From: Enoplolaimus lenunculus
Taxonomy: Eukaryota
Reading direction: 5' to 3'
NCBI GenBank assembly: GCA_030248215.1
Contig: JASANG010002792.1
Coordinates: 62,001-126,000, forward strand
Length of the DNA: 64,000 bases
Within the stretch, counting starts at the first letter, position 1. Every line of letters begins with the position of its first letter. The translations under genes were made by a program, and so were the position numbers. This document shows positions 49,120 to 61,296 of this stretch, piece after piece. The notes beneath the pieces were generated by a model. That model saw nothing but the letters and a program-made list of their open reading frames with translations. It was not told the origin of the DNA and did not search any database.

Positions 49120-50249
49120 AAACAAGTTGTTAAAGTGCCCCTAACCGGGCCATAGAAAAAGATATGTTTTGAAAATATATTTGATGTGTAACGTGTAAAG
49201 TTTAGAAACAAGGGACTCGAACAAATTTTCAAAGTTAAATTCATGTACTACCTTTTTTTCACAAAAATCGGGCTTATTTTCCAGGACAGCATATTTCAGA
49301 TAGCCAAAAAAGTTTTGGCGGTCACAAGCAAGCTGTGATGTGTCACACAGAAACATATTCACAGCTTTGTTTGATAGTTTCGTAATTTTCTGAATTACCC
49401 ATTATCGCAAAAAAATTACTCATGGGGATAGACGCTTTGAACATGCGATGTGGAGATGTGATTTTCATCTTATTCAAGCACCATGAAACAAATTTTTACC
49501 TATTTACTACTACTGGCACTAATAAGTGCCATTATTCACGGCACAAATTTCTAACCCTGTGTGGATTTTATACAAAAATGATAATTTACAAACATAGATG
49601 GCAGTATGAAGCTTTATAACCAACTTTAGTTTTATCGAAATCTTAACCTTTGTTTTTGAGTGGCCCATTGTTCATAGCACAGTATAATGCGACGTCAGCC
49701 TTCGTCTCCGGCATAAAATCGACCTCTCCGACTAAGGCAAATTTTGGTTCAACTCTGACTCCGGTATTTTAACCTACGGTTGCTTCCTGGTTCATGCTGT
49801 AAACGAATGCTAAATTACGCAAAATTATAAACGAATATATAAAGTTTCAGAAAATATTGCACTTTGCCAGTACAATTCAGGTACGCAGACTTCTCAAGGG
49901 TTCTTCAAATTTTTATCATGAAATAAAGCGATTACATTGTCAAATTTCTTTTTAACCGAAGGAAAACATCAAATATAATACTGTTTGATTTATGGCCGCC
50001 CAAAGCTGTGAATATGTTTCTGTGTGACACATCACAGCTTGCTTGTGACCGCCAAAACTTTTTTGGCTATCTGAAATATGCTGTCCTGGAAAATAAGCCC
50101 GATTTTTGTGAAAAAAGGTAGTACATGAATTTAACTTTGAAAATTTGTTCGAGTCCCTTGTTTCTAAACTTTACACGTTACACATCAAATATATTTTCAA
50201 AACATATCTTTTTCTATGGCCCGGTTAGGGGCACTTTAACAACTTGTTT
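49120..50249. mobile_element. Foldback element with ~248-bp near-identical inverted arms (Kolobok-like TTAA-AGTGCCCC ends)
   Basis: 49120-49368 is the reverse complement of 50002-50249; the only difference I saw is one homopolymer indel. TTAA at 49130 and 50236. Confidence 0.75.
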
Positions 50250-51124
50250 ATATATGTACGTTATGAGTGTGTTGCTGTTATTCCGTGTGGGTTTTGGTCA
50301 AAGACCAATAGGTTGAAATTTGATATGAGTTAGGCGTTATATACCGACAGACCGAACCTTAAACTTATAATGTGAACGACCCAAAGTTTGTAAGCGGCGT
50401 TTGAAACTGTAATTCATAATGACAACGGTTGCAGCGTTTACAAAAGCATATCCAGGCGATGGGTGCAAACTGTACTGGTGCCATAAAAATACAGTTGAGG
50501 GTTAAAGTTTTGAGAAGTCGCCGGGTTCTTTGATTGCAGCAGGTAACTATGGAATTGTGCCGGACTATGATAGTAGAGCTTGCCTCATAGCTTGGGTATG
50601 CGTATAGAACATCAGCAGAGACTTAAATTTAAAGGTGTGATTCCCACAGCACACGCACCAGACCTTGAACGCTTGCATATTAAGAGTTAATCTCAGTCGG
50701 TTGAGCCATACCGAGGACCCAGTCTAGCGGTAAGGTTGAGCTATCCATGTTTAGGTTGTGGCAAATTTACAAAAGAAATTTCGTGCAATTTTAGCAATTC
50801 AGCTAATTTGCTATTGAAAGCTATGATCGCTTTAGTCGTCGCATATCGTATTTCATTTATTCAAGTTCAGGATATCATCAATCAATCTTAAGTGCGTAAG
50901 TTTGCCATTAACGTATTGTGTTTTGCTATTTTTGTTATGCCATATGTGCGCTTGATTCTAAACCCCGAGACTAAGACCTTCCTAGCTTCCGCCACGGCTT
51001 TCCAATTTGATCTAAGACTGTGCGTGAATATTTGTAATAGCGTCAACTGAAGTGCACTTTGTGAATAGGCAACGATCGTAAACTGAGTTTTGTGCGAAGT
51101 AGCCATCCCCTCCCACAGTGGATT

Positions 51125-51607
51125 GTTGGATTGTATTATTGTTGAGCATTGCCCAGGGAGTTGCGGTAGTCCCGCCCTGTGCAAAAGTCATAGACTAAAA
51201 CCTAAATAAAATTCTTCAGGATCCATTCTGTTGTCCCTACTTGCACTGGTCTTGATCTCAATTTCCAGCGACCTGCTCGATTTACAAGCCTCAAACACCT
51301 GAGTTTTATTGAAACAAGCTGTATAATAGATAAGCAATTGAGTTTATTCAAAAATAGAAAACACAAGTAGCCACTAGAAACGAATACGAGGCGATTAAAT
51401 ACCGCTGAGACTAGTGCTTAGGCGTAAGAGGGTGTCGGAATTCTGTGACTCTCAGAAACTGATCCCACGTCCAATGATGCAACATCCGCCAGCCAAGTCA
51501 GACTACTTTGGTAGACCCACGACCATCGGACACCTGTGAGAATACCAGCTCAGATCCGCGTGCTGCGGAGGTATTCGTTTGTCGCAGCCGTAGCAATACT
51601 TCACAAT
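51125..51607 (-). pseudogene. Decayed TIL-like exon remnants
   Basis: After an acceptor near 51320 it reads CFNKTQVFEACKSSRS..., then after frameshifts CTGRDYRNSLG/QCSTIIQ; in-frame stops are present. Confidence 0.35.
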
Positions 51608-51664
51608 CTAGAAAACCTATTCCGGTTTCATTTTACGGAATCTGGTGAAAAAATTAAATCTAAC

Positions 51665-51802
51665 CTGGATCACAAGTTGTATTCGATATGCATTGATCAG
51701 AATTTTCAAATATTTCAACATTATCAGGACAACCGCGGCCTTGTGCGTTACAGTACTGACATTTGGCAGACGGCGCGTCCGGACTGCAGTAGAATTTGAT
51801 AT
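51665..51802 (-). CDS. Exon encoding a 6-Cys module paralogous to the 54340-54474 exon
   Basis: tttcag|..IKFYCSPDAPSAKCQYCNAQGRGCPDNVEIFENSDQCISNTTCDP(G)|gttag; open frame, phase 1-1. Confidence 0.65.
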
Positions 51803-53226
51803 CTGAAACATAGTTTAAAGGGTTTAGGGATGCAGTGAACTCGCAACCTTCAATATTGAGCTGTCAGACCAGCAAGCAACTCGATATCTTTTGCACAAAG
51901 CATCGTTAAGAGAATTTTGAAGGTAAAATGTCGTCCCTCTGTCCCTAAAGCTGGAAGGCGGTAGCCATGCCGCTGTTCGGGCGATATAATATTTATCACC
52001 GTTGCTTCGGTATAACAACACAAATTATGCACAGATTTTCTATTCTCCGGTATGGGCATAACGCACTGCGGTTTTATCTATATAATTAAAGCTGGAATGC
52101 CCCCACATACGTATTTTGGACATCCTTTCAGCTGACTTTTAGATATGCAATCCTACCTACATATTTATATACATCAAAGTTGCACATGTGTGCAAGTATG
52201 TGTGGTGATATGATTAAAGCCGGAAATCCCCAACATACGTATTTTGGGTAACGTTCCAGCATTACTTTGTTTGCAATATTTTCTTAGAATGGAAACGCGA
52301 TTGTTCTGAGAAAAGAAAATTTGCATACAGATTGTTGTGTATTCGCTAATTTTTGCGGATTGTGCAAAACCCGCTGAATAGTAGCAACTGTTAATAGTAA
52401 AAATGAGCACAGGTATGTTTTGGTTGGTGTAAAAAAGTTGGTATTTTAAAACATCAAAGAAGCTTGTAATTACGAATTATTAATAGTTACAATTCTGTTA
52501 CACTTAGCTAAATTTAAAAGTATATATGGAAGATGCACAAACTCTTCAAGGCTATATAACCAATCAGAATTTTATGATGAGATAAGCCGAGCGTATATAA
52601 CTTTTAGACAAATAAGTTTCAAAATTAAATAATTTAGTTATTGCGCAGCGTTATTAGGCAGTGTCCCTGAATTTAACATTAATGTGTTATGTGACAGCAA
52701 AATTTGGTAAATTGGACGTGCAATGTCGGACAATTTCTCGTTATTTGTGCCCATCAGCATAACAGAAACGGGAAAGATGAGCTTCAGCTAGAAACGTTAT
52801 TTTAACATATGAAAGTTTAATTTCATGGGTTATGAGAGGGGAAATTTCGACATGCCGTCAACCCCTAAACATGTTTCCAACCTGCAGCAGAGTACCACAA
52901 AATTTAAATTGGCGTGTGTGGGTGTCAAAAAATACGACTGAAATGCAATTACTTTCTAAAAATATAATTGAAATCCGATAACGGTAGCTTAACTTGCCAT
53001 TGACCTTTACATAGCTTCAGTAAATACGGACCAGCCAAAGTGTACTCCTTCGCTGCCCTTTAGGACCCTTTTGATTTCCACCCTCGAAACAAATTAAGTC
53101 ATTTTTCACGGGTGCACATTGATCAGGGTGTAACCGAATATCAGTTTTTGTTATTTTGATACTGTATTCGTTTCCGTTTGTTATTTTTACTATTTGTTTA
53201 TCCTGATGCGTATTCATCGTATTTAC

Positions 53227-53475
53227 CATAATCAATATTTGGGTTTTCATCCTCCAGCACAGAGTCTGATTCGCTTGTCAATTTCGAGCATTCGTCTACC
53301 ATAACACACCTTCCGCGATGTCTAACAAGGCGTTTGTCTTCCGTTGCACAAACGCAACCGTCCGGTTCGGTATCGTACATCAGATGACTACCGCAATTGC
53401 CGTTCGCAAGGGTAGCGCTGCAGGTTTGAGAGCGACATTTTGCGTATTGTGCCCATACGCGACCTCTAGTACAAT
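53227..53475 (-). CDS. TIL-like Cys-rich domain exon
   Basis: tatag|..CTRGRVWAQYAKCRSQTCSATLANGNCGSHLMYDTEPDGCVCATEDKRLVRHRGRCVMVDEC...; ends at a gtaaat donor (53226) or reads to a stop at 53198. Confidence 0.7.
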
Positions 53476-53828
53476 CTATAAAAATATATGTAACAAAAAT
53501 TACTTAGCTACACGATAAATGTATTAAAGCAACGTCGGCTGGAAAACGGGGTAATGGTATACCAGGGATTACAGCTCCATCAAAAAATTTAATGTGACAA
53601 AAAGATATTTTAAGTTTTGTACTTACGTATGTCATCGCCGCGGTTCAATTCGATGGGGATAAACCGAAACGGGAGATAAAATGTAATTAAGCAGCCAAAA
53701 TTATAATGAATTTGCTAATTTTAACAATAATCTGCTTAAATGTTGTCAAACAGTTGCTTTCTGTGAAATTCAATTAAAGCTTTCAATATTTCCAATGTTT
53801 AATGAGAGGTTCTTATTCCTAAACAAAC

Positions 53829-53835
53829 AATAATG

Positions 53836-53915
<80 letters not shown>
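53829..53915. repeat. (AAT)n microsatellite
   Basis: Directly visible. Confidence 0.95.
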
Positions 53916-54339
53916 TGAAATATCATCGTGCAGCGCAACAACTAAGAATTCTTAGTAAGGGGACTTTTATAGGAAAGATTTTTGTAACACGCGAGTTTTT
54001 CGACGTTGCAAAAACTTTTTTGGGTCAGCTGGGCGAAGATGTCCGTTCGGTATGAACCAGGCGATGCTGTCTTCTCTCGCCTGTCGTAGTTGATGTGTTA
54101 AAAAATTTTGCGACTCAAAATGTTTATGTTTAAACATCAAACTATGCCACAAATATAAAACGACGTTAATGTTTTACAGTATCAAAATATTTTGCTAAAT
54201 ATGCATTAAAACTGCAAATTACAGAACACAAAATGATTCAGCGGCAACGAGAATCCCTACCTGTTTACTGAACTGAGTCCAAATGGCCTCAACTAAAAAA
54301 TATTAAGTTTCGTTGTGGTAAAATGAATGTGTAACTTAC

Positions 54340-56283
54340 CTTCATGACAATTGCCTTTCACTGCACACTCATCTTTCGTGGTATACAGAGTCTTTCCTGT
54401 CGGACAAGGAATTGTATCGTTACAAAACGCACAATTTTGGTCTGCGCTATCTGTTTGATTACAGTACCATTTGCCTGAAATTATTAAAATTAGAGTAAAC
54501 GTCGAAATTTGGTTAATATAATCTGTTTGACAACCGTCATCACAAAATATAAATTTGTTTTAAATATACAAACGAAACTAAATACAAAAACCAAACTATT
54601 AATTTTTATTTAAAGATTGAATGTAAAACTTTCTATTGGATGCAAGCCATGCATGCTTAATGTTATCAAAGACTCCCAAACCAAACGTTGCGCCTTTTGG
54701 CAGTGGCAAATAAAAAAAAATTTTCGTGGGGAGATTCAAAATTGGTCAAGTTCACACCGAAATTATTGTGGCCCGTTGATGAGAAGTCTATAAAATATGC
54801 TTGAGCTCAAGAAAACCTGCACTACCTCGCGCGTGTAATTTAACAATGAAATGCGCGTAAAAACTATTACACTATCCGCGTTATGGCAGTAAATATAAGC
54901 TACATTGAAACGTCTGATTCTTTATGCATAGCATTAATGAAAAGACCCGTAGCCAGAATAGGGGTGGACAAGAAGCGGTATTAATTTGGGCCTCTTAGAA
55001 AAGTTTCAGCCCCGCTGTAGTAATCCACGATCTAATCCCTTGCATGCGTGTTTTGAAATGGCTTCAAGCCACCTGGTGTGTTGATCTGGCTGACGGCAAT
55101 GGCAAGAGTTAATTTTGAATTAAATTTTTAAATTTAAACAATACCTGGTCCACATTCGGTATGATCGAGACATGCTTGTTCGGTTGTATAACCAATGGAA
55201 ATGCCAAATATTTGAGTACATTTTGCATCATCCGTGCAAAGCCATGTACCTAAACCATACGGCACATTTAAAGTTTTCTCCCCACACCCACACAGTGGAA
55301 CAGTTGCCCACCCACAAATGGCCCATGTTCGTATAATTGAAGGTCGTTAGTATAATCATAGTCCTAAGCCTAAACATCTGAGCCTGTATACTAAGCCTAC
55401 GCCAAATCAAAACTCTTCCAAGGTAGATAGGAACTGCAAAATCGCCAAACATGGCAACCAATACATATGCAATGAAACGTCGTAGTATAAGCATAGTCCT
55501 AAGCCTAAACATCTGAGCCTGTATACTAAGCCTACGCCAAACCACAACTGTTCCAAGGTAGAGAGGGACTGCAAAATTGCCACACATGGCAAGCAAGGCA
55601 TATGCAAAACACTTGAATTTTTAAAAAATGCAATAATTTTTCTTTCCAACCTTTGTCGATGTGACGAAACAAATCTTAAACGCAAAATGAGCTGGCCGTT
55701 TTTAATGGAACCCCGAGGGCTGTCCTGGAGCGAGAAGGCAGACGCAATTTTTGTGTTTCAATTGTCAAAGCAAAAATTCCACTTTTGCGTAGGTTGAGTG
55801 AGACGGAGTTCGGAACCTGACAGCCGGCTCCACAATCATGCATTTGATGTGTTCAAAAGGTGCACTTTTTGACTTTTACTTGCGGAATTAGGATTCATGA
55901 TTTGTGCAGTTTTAGTTATACGTAAACAAGGCATAACGGGGACCGGTGTTAGGATGTTTAACCCTCTATCGAATTGGTCACATGGAGCCCACAATAAAAT
56001 GATCCACAGCTTTATATCTGTGCGGTCCGCGGATAAGTTTTTAGTTTGCCAAGATGGGTCCCAAAAAGGTCGGGGCCCACAACTGGGGGGGGGGGTGCTT
56101 GCGAACGCTTCCGGCAGCACTGAGCGTAGCTGCCATGTTTAAGTTTTAGGTTCTGGATCGAAAAATTGTGAACATATGTTTTACTGAGCCTAAGTTCTAT
56201 CACAAACAATACTTACAGCTTGCTCCAGAAATCAAAGCATAAATACCACATAATAGAACTAAAGTATGTGTTGACGACTGCAT
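54340..56283 (-). CDS. 5' part of a secreted Cys-rich protein: signal exon 56283-56217, Cys modules 55249-55145 and 54474-54340. May continue into the TIL/ShK exons downstream
   Basis: MQSSTHTLVLLCGIYALISGASC, then TWLCTDDAKCTQIFGISIGYTTEQACLDHTECGP, then KWYCNQTDSADQNCAFCNDTIPCPTGKTLYTTKDECAVKGNCHE; all phase-1 GT-AG introns. Confidence 0.75.
55349..55607. repeat. Two tandem ~135-bp units (family C variant)
   Basis: agtataa.catagtcctaagcctaaacatctgagcctgtatactaagcctacgccaaa at 55349 and 55484. Confidence 0.8.
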
Positions 56284-58550
56284 TGCTAACAGTAAACTGT
56301 GAACGTATAACGTTTTGTAAAATGTTATATGTTAACCCCTGAAAAGTCAATATATTGCAGAACAGGAGTAAATGTCAGAAACTAACTAGCGAAACAGAAC
56401 TCAAGAGTACCAGATCATTTTAGTAGTAAGTGTGATGCAGGCTTTTGGGCTCTTGTACAAATCCGAAGCCTAAGCCTAAGCATAATGACGGGCGACGAAT
56501 TGCCGAGTTGACGAAATTTCGAATTACATGTTGTCAATCGACGAGTTGTCGGGCGATAAATTGTTGTGATACCCTTGTACATTTCCACTCGTTTACGGTC
56601 AAGACTTAGGCTTAGATTAAGACTCAAGCTTACGCTTTGCTTCGGCTTAGGTAACTTTTGTCTTATTTCAAATGTAAGCCTGAGGTTTACGTCACTAGGG
56701 AAAAGTTAACTGAAGCCGGTGATGCAAAAACAAGCAAATTGCAACTCGGACAATTTTAATCTTTTATAAATCACTGTTATCAGTACTTTTCTCGGCTGGG
56801 TGGTTGGGGCAAACATTTTATCAGGAGGACGGCAGCCCACTCATTCCTGTAGTTGTGGCTGTTAAATACACGAGCAGTGTCATTTCGCATGTAAAACGGT
56901 ACAATCAAGCACACTGACCTGTACAAAACTTTACACATCAAAATATAAAACGCATCAGATTGTAGTTTAGACACAAAAAACGACAACTTTTCGCCTACGA
57001 TAAATAAATATACGAAAATAGATGAACTAGCAGTAGTTTCACGTTATTTTTCTCTTGTCTAAAATGCGCTCTCTCTCTCTCTGTTTCAGAGACTGGAGAC
57101 AGTGTTTAAATTTAATTTCACCATCGAAATATCACTGGCGGATCCAAGGACGGCAAGTACGTCCATACCGCAGTTCACAGGGATCAAAATTAAAACTTTG
57201 TGTTAAAATTTAGTACTAAAATGGCGTTTGGCTTCTCGCTTGCAAGCGTTTTGTACTATTAATATATATCGCGTGTGCCCCGTCGTCAGAAATATCCGCA
57301 TCCGCCGCTGTGCAATACGTATGCTGCAATATGAAAGTCAACAACAAAAATCTTATTTGAACAAGTGAAAAAACAGACGAAAAATGTTAAAAAATAAAAC
57401 AGAAAAAACTGTAGTTGAATGACTCGGATCTCACCAGCAGATGGAAAGGCTATGCGTATTTGTGCACCCACCCGTTGGACATCGCTAGCAAACTACTCCG
57501 TGGACACATTAGTAATATCAACCTTGTCGAACGCAACACAAGGGAGAAAAAAATGACAAAATCAGGAGAACAGAAGGTCCGATAGGTGCCGTGTGTCATA
57601 AGTTGGGTAGGTTACAGTACGACGGTTTTAGTTCTTAGTGATAGCAGCTGAAAATGAGGGGCGTTTTATGTTACAATCACATGACCTATGACCGAGCGCT
57701 TTTCAGTCCCGCGCGCTACCGCTAAGCCACGCAGCCTATCAATCGACTTCTTTAGTTTTTCCTGTTTTAAGCGTTTAGAAGAACCTCAACATTATACACA
57801 TATATCTTGGTTCTTCCATGGTTTTACCGCTTTTTCATATCAAGGCACCACATATGCATGAACCTCAGCATTATGTTTTTGCTTGCCTCCATGCATCCGC
57901 ATGTCACACCGTGAGAAAATGTTGTAATTTCAGAATTAAAAATTCACAGAACATGGATTGCGTCGAATTAAAGTTTAACATAATTTTGGTCACCAGATCA
58001 AAAGATAATAGCTATTAATTTTGTTTCATTGATAATTTTTTGCAAATGCCTTACAAAAACGCAGTTCTGAGTTCGAAAAATTGTGTATACAATTAGGCTT
58101 TGTTCTGTTGAGTCTAGTAGCTATCAGAATACTTAATATTTTAACAAAAAACGGGCGACACTTTTTTTTACGAATGTTAAATGACTTAGCGTTGCGTTGT
58201 ATTTTTGTGTGCCGCTCGACGCCGCGCAAACTAACCGCCGCAGTTTGCTGCCGTTGAACGCTGCACGACGCCGCGCGGCACAAATAAAAGTAAATTTCAT
58301 GTGTGACGCGCGGCGGCAAATTGCACCGCGTGGAATTTCGTGTTTTGTAAAAATCACTTTTAACACGTCACGCGGTGCCGAGCGGCGACTTTTAGCACAA
58401 CTCTAAGGGCGGCGTATCACCTGTCGTGCGTGCCGCAAATTTTACCAAATCAATTGCGGTGCCGCCAAATGCCGTACGGCAATTCGCGTCGATGTAACGC
58501 CACACAGTGTCGAACGACGCTGGACGGCACTGTAGAATGTCGAAAAACGT

Positions 58551-58793
58551 GGCCAATGTATAGAACAGTTACGGAACAGTATTATAAGCATATTCCTAAG
58601 CATAAGCCTAAAACCTAAGCTAAGAATGAGCATATTCCTAAGCCGAAGCCTAAGCCTAAGCCTAAGCTTAAGCCTAAGCCTATGCCTAAGCCGCAGCCTA
58701 AGCCTAAGCCAAGCAAAAAAGATTAGTCCAAAGCTTAAGCTTATTCTTTTCTAACCCCACAAAAAACGTTCCTCCCCTGAACTTAACATGGGC
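58551..58793 (+). mobile_element. Family C: short element with GGCCAATGTA...ACATGGGC ends carrying (GCCTAA)n telomere-like arrays. Other copies ~7159-7294, 10832-11010, 26400-26588, 30980-31192, 33735-33920 (rev), 43400-43540, 62703-62850
   Basis: Conserved frame gtataagcatattcctaagcc...aagcttaagctta.tctattgcagt.c.acagaaaaacgttccgcccc...tttacatgggc around a variable GCCTAA array. Confidence 0.75.
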
Positions 58794-58991
58794 GAAAAAT
58801 GTTAACATTTTCGTACAGTATTGCATCATTCCAAAATTCTATCGGTAAAACACTTTACAAAAGGCAAATAAACCATAAATTGAGAGGTAAACAATAAATA
58901 CATTTCTACAACACCATCATTGCATGAGACTTTGCAAAATTGCATGCGCAATACAGTTGATACGCTTTATAAGTAAATAGTGCACATGACC

Positions 58992-59161
58992 CAGTGGCGG
59001 ATCCAGAATTTCAAAATGGGGGCCAAAATTTCAAAGGTAATAAACTAATTTTTTCACCCACACACAAACCACGAACTATTGCAATAAAATTGCTATATAA
59101 TTTTTGTCGAGATGCTGTTGGGGGGCCACGGCCGGGGTGGCCCCCCATGGATCCACCATTG
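58992..59161. mobile_element. hAT-type MITE with a perfect 8-bp TSD
   Basis: ACATGACC|cagtggcggatcca...tggatccaccattg|ACATGACC. Confidence 0.85.
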
Positions 59162-59871
59162 ACATGACCGTTTAAACGATGGATGTATGGCAAATTGTGT
59201 GATTTGCTTTACTATTGTATCCGGTCACACGAAATGAGACGTGTACTTGCAAAAAACCGATGTTTGTGTGTTTATAAACCCAAAAACTCAGTCAAACTTT
59301 CTATCAATATATTGGCATCTACGTAGAAAAAGTCATCATGCCGGAAGACGCCGAACGTAAACACGGTAAATTGTAGGGTATTAATAGCTGCCGAACAAAA
59401 ACATTTGCAGAGAAATATTTTAATAGGCACAGGTGATGCTTTAAACGCAGAAATCGATACGTCATGTTTAAGTATCACATTTCATAAACAAAAATTGAAA
59501 TTTGCAAAACTAAAATTTAGTAACTGTTGCTGTGCAATAAATGCAAAAATTGCTATTAAAAACGTTGAACCTTACAGGAGAACGGACAAAAACCACAGCA
59601 TTGATAAAAAGAAATATATGTCAGAGTAGGTTTTTCTGGCCAATCTGTATCTCTCACTGCGCCGCCTACCAACAATTTCTATTTGTCGGAGTGAATTTGC
59701 TCTATACAATTCTTTGCATGCAGAGGCGTCGGCAATAAAATTATGTTTGGGGCGGCACTGAATAACTTTGGGGCACCCTACAATTGCAACTCAAGATTTG
59801 GCGTTATACTTGTCGAGCTGAGTCGTTCCTCACCGTCCGTCATCGTCCGGCTGCGTGCGGTGTCATACATG

Positions 59872-60063
59872 CACTGCAAAAAACGGCGAGTCAAACGGAC
59901 TCTCTCCGAAATAGGCTTTTCTTAGCTAGACGAGTCAAAATTTGACACCGCCTGAGTCAAATTCTACTCAATTTGACTCTGGTGGAGTCGAATTTTGACT
60001 CAGTTTGTGTAGTCAGGAAATGCCTATTACAATGAGAGCCAATTTGACTCATTTTTTGCAGTG
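59872..60063. mobile_element. MITE family A copy nested in a GC-rich palindromic element
   Basis: Same arms; flanked by ccgtccgtcat... and ...atgacggacg inverted remnants. Confidence 0.8.
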
Positions 60064-60244
60064 TACGCGAGCAATATGCGCACGATACCGCACAGTAGGG
60101 GGACGTACAATGACGGACGACGACATACGGAATCGAATGACATTAAACTATTAAAAAGTACAGCGCAGCTCTATGCCTAAACAACATCGATACAAGCATG
60201 CTAACACAGTAAACGTCATTCGTGTCAAAAGCAAAGATGTAAGT

Positions 60245-60466
60245 GAGTAAAGATTTTTTTACCCTCGCTGCGATTTACCTGTTGGAATTTTATTTTACTC
60301 GCTGGTATATCCGCGCAAATTTCCTTTACCCACTACCAAATTTTTCGCTTAACCCTTTCTCACATGACTATTTTCCATTTCCCCTGAGACCTTTCTTTTA
60401 CGCTGGGATTCGAACTCCAGTTACTGGACTGGAAGGCGTATACCATCACCACTCAGCTATAGGAGC
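60245..60466 (-). mobile_element. tRNA-derived SINE-like element
   Basis: The minus strand starts gctcctaTAGCTGAGTGG (A box)...GGAGTTCGAATCCC (B box). The anticodon and acceptor stems do not pair, so this is not a functional tRNA. Confidence 0.55.
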
Positions 60467-61084
60467 TTGACGCTCGAGCCCGAGGGGACTCTCATGTCTT
60501 GTGGTGATTTAGTACTATGTATACGTATTGCAATTCTTAAACACGGTGCGATATAGGATTATTTAACGTGTATGCACTGCGCTGAGTTGCCTACAGGCAA
60601 CTCAATGTGAGAAGGGGTTAAACATAGAGTATAACACCGAATAATTTGCACATTACACCTATCACCGGTAAAACTAGATTGTTTGCCGATGGGTGATCGG
60701 TGAATCAAAACATTCTTGTATGCACTACTCGGCCGGCGATTATACACGGGTACCCGCGTATAGCGTGCAGCTCTGGTCAAAAGTAAAACGCTTCCAATAA
60801 AAACTGAACTATCCTGCTCGCTAGTTCAAGCTCTTCTTTGAACGTTGATTGGGAAATATCAACACATATATGCTACTAGCGAACTTAGAATATAACGTTG
60901 GGACCATGTTAATTTGACCGTAATCTTTAAACCCATTTTTCTTTTAGGCATAATTGGCTGAAGCTTAAACTTCCTATAATAGTTTTACCCTATACACATT
61001 TACTCAAAAGGTTAGGTACGCTGGCAGTTCCAGGAATTTCAGTTGAAGAAGATACTTTTTGTGTTTAGAGATTTCTCAGTTTTA

Positions 61085-61296
61085 GGATGACGCTATACTT
61101 GTGCGGCAACGTCCGGCGCCGTCCGTTATCATGCGTCACCGTTCGTCGTCATACCGCATCGTACGCGAGTAATTCACGTACTATACCGCACGGTAACTGA
61201 CGACGTCGGACGTTGCCGGACTACGGCGGACGATGGCCGATGGCACCGGACGGCGACGTACGGCACCGAACGTCACCAAAAGTATAGCACCGCCCT
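61085..61296. mobile_element. GC-rich palindromic MITE (Harbinger-like, TTA/TAA flanks); relative at ~29985-30150
   Basis: ggatgacgctatactt ... aagtatagcaccgccc TIRs with an internal palindrome. Confidence 0.65.

Noticed and set aside
50300..51200. Possible endogenous viral or retroelement ORF
   Set aside because: Multiple stops in the frames I translated and no RT, capsid or integrase motifs recognised.
60400..60466. Possible tRNA-Gly(TCC) gene
   Set aside because: The anticodon and acceptor stems do not pair; treated as a SINE head.
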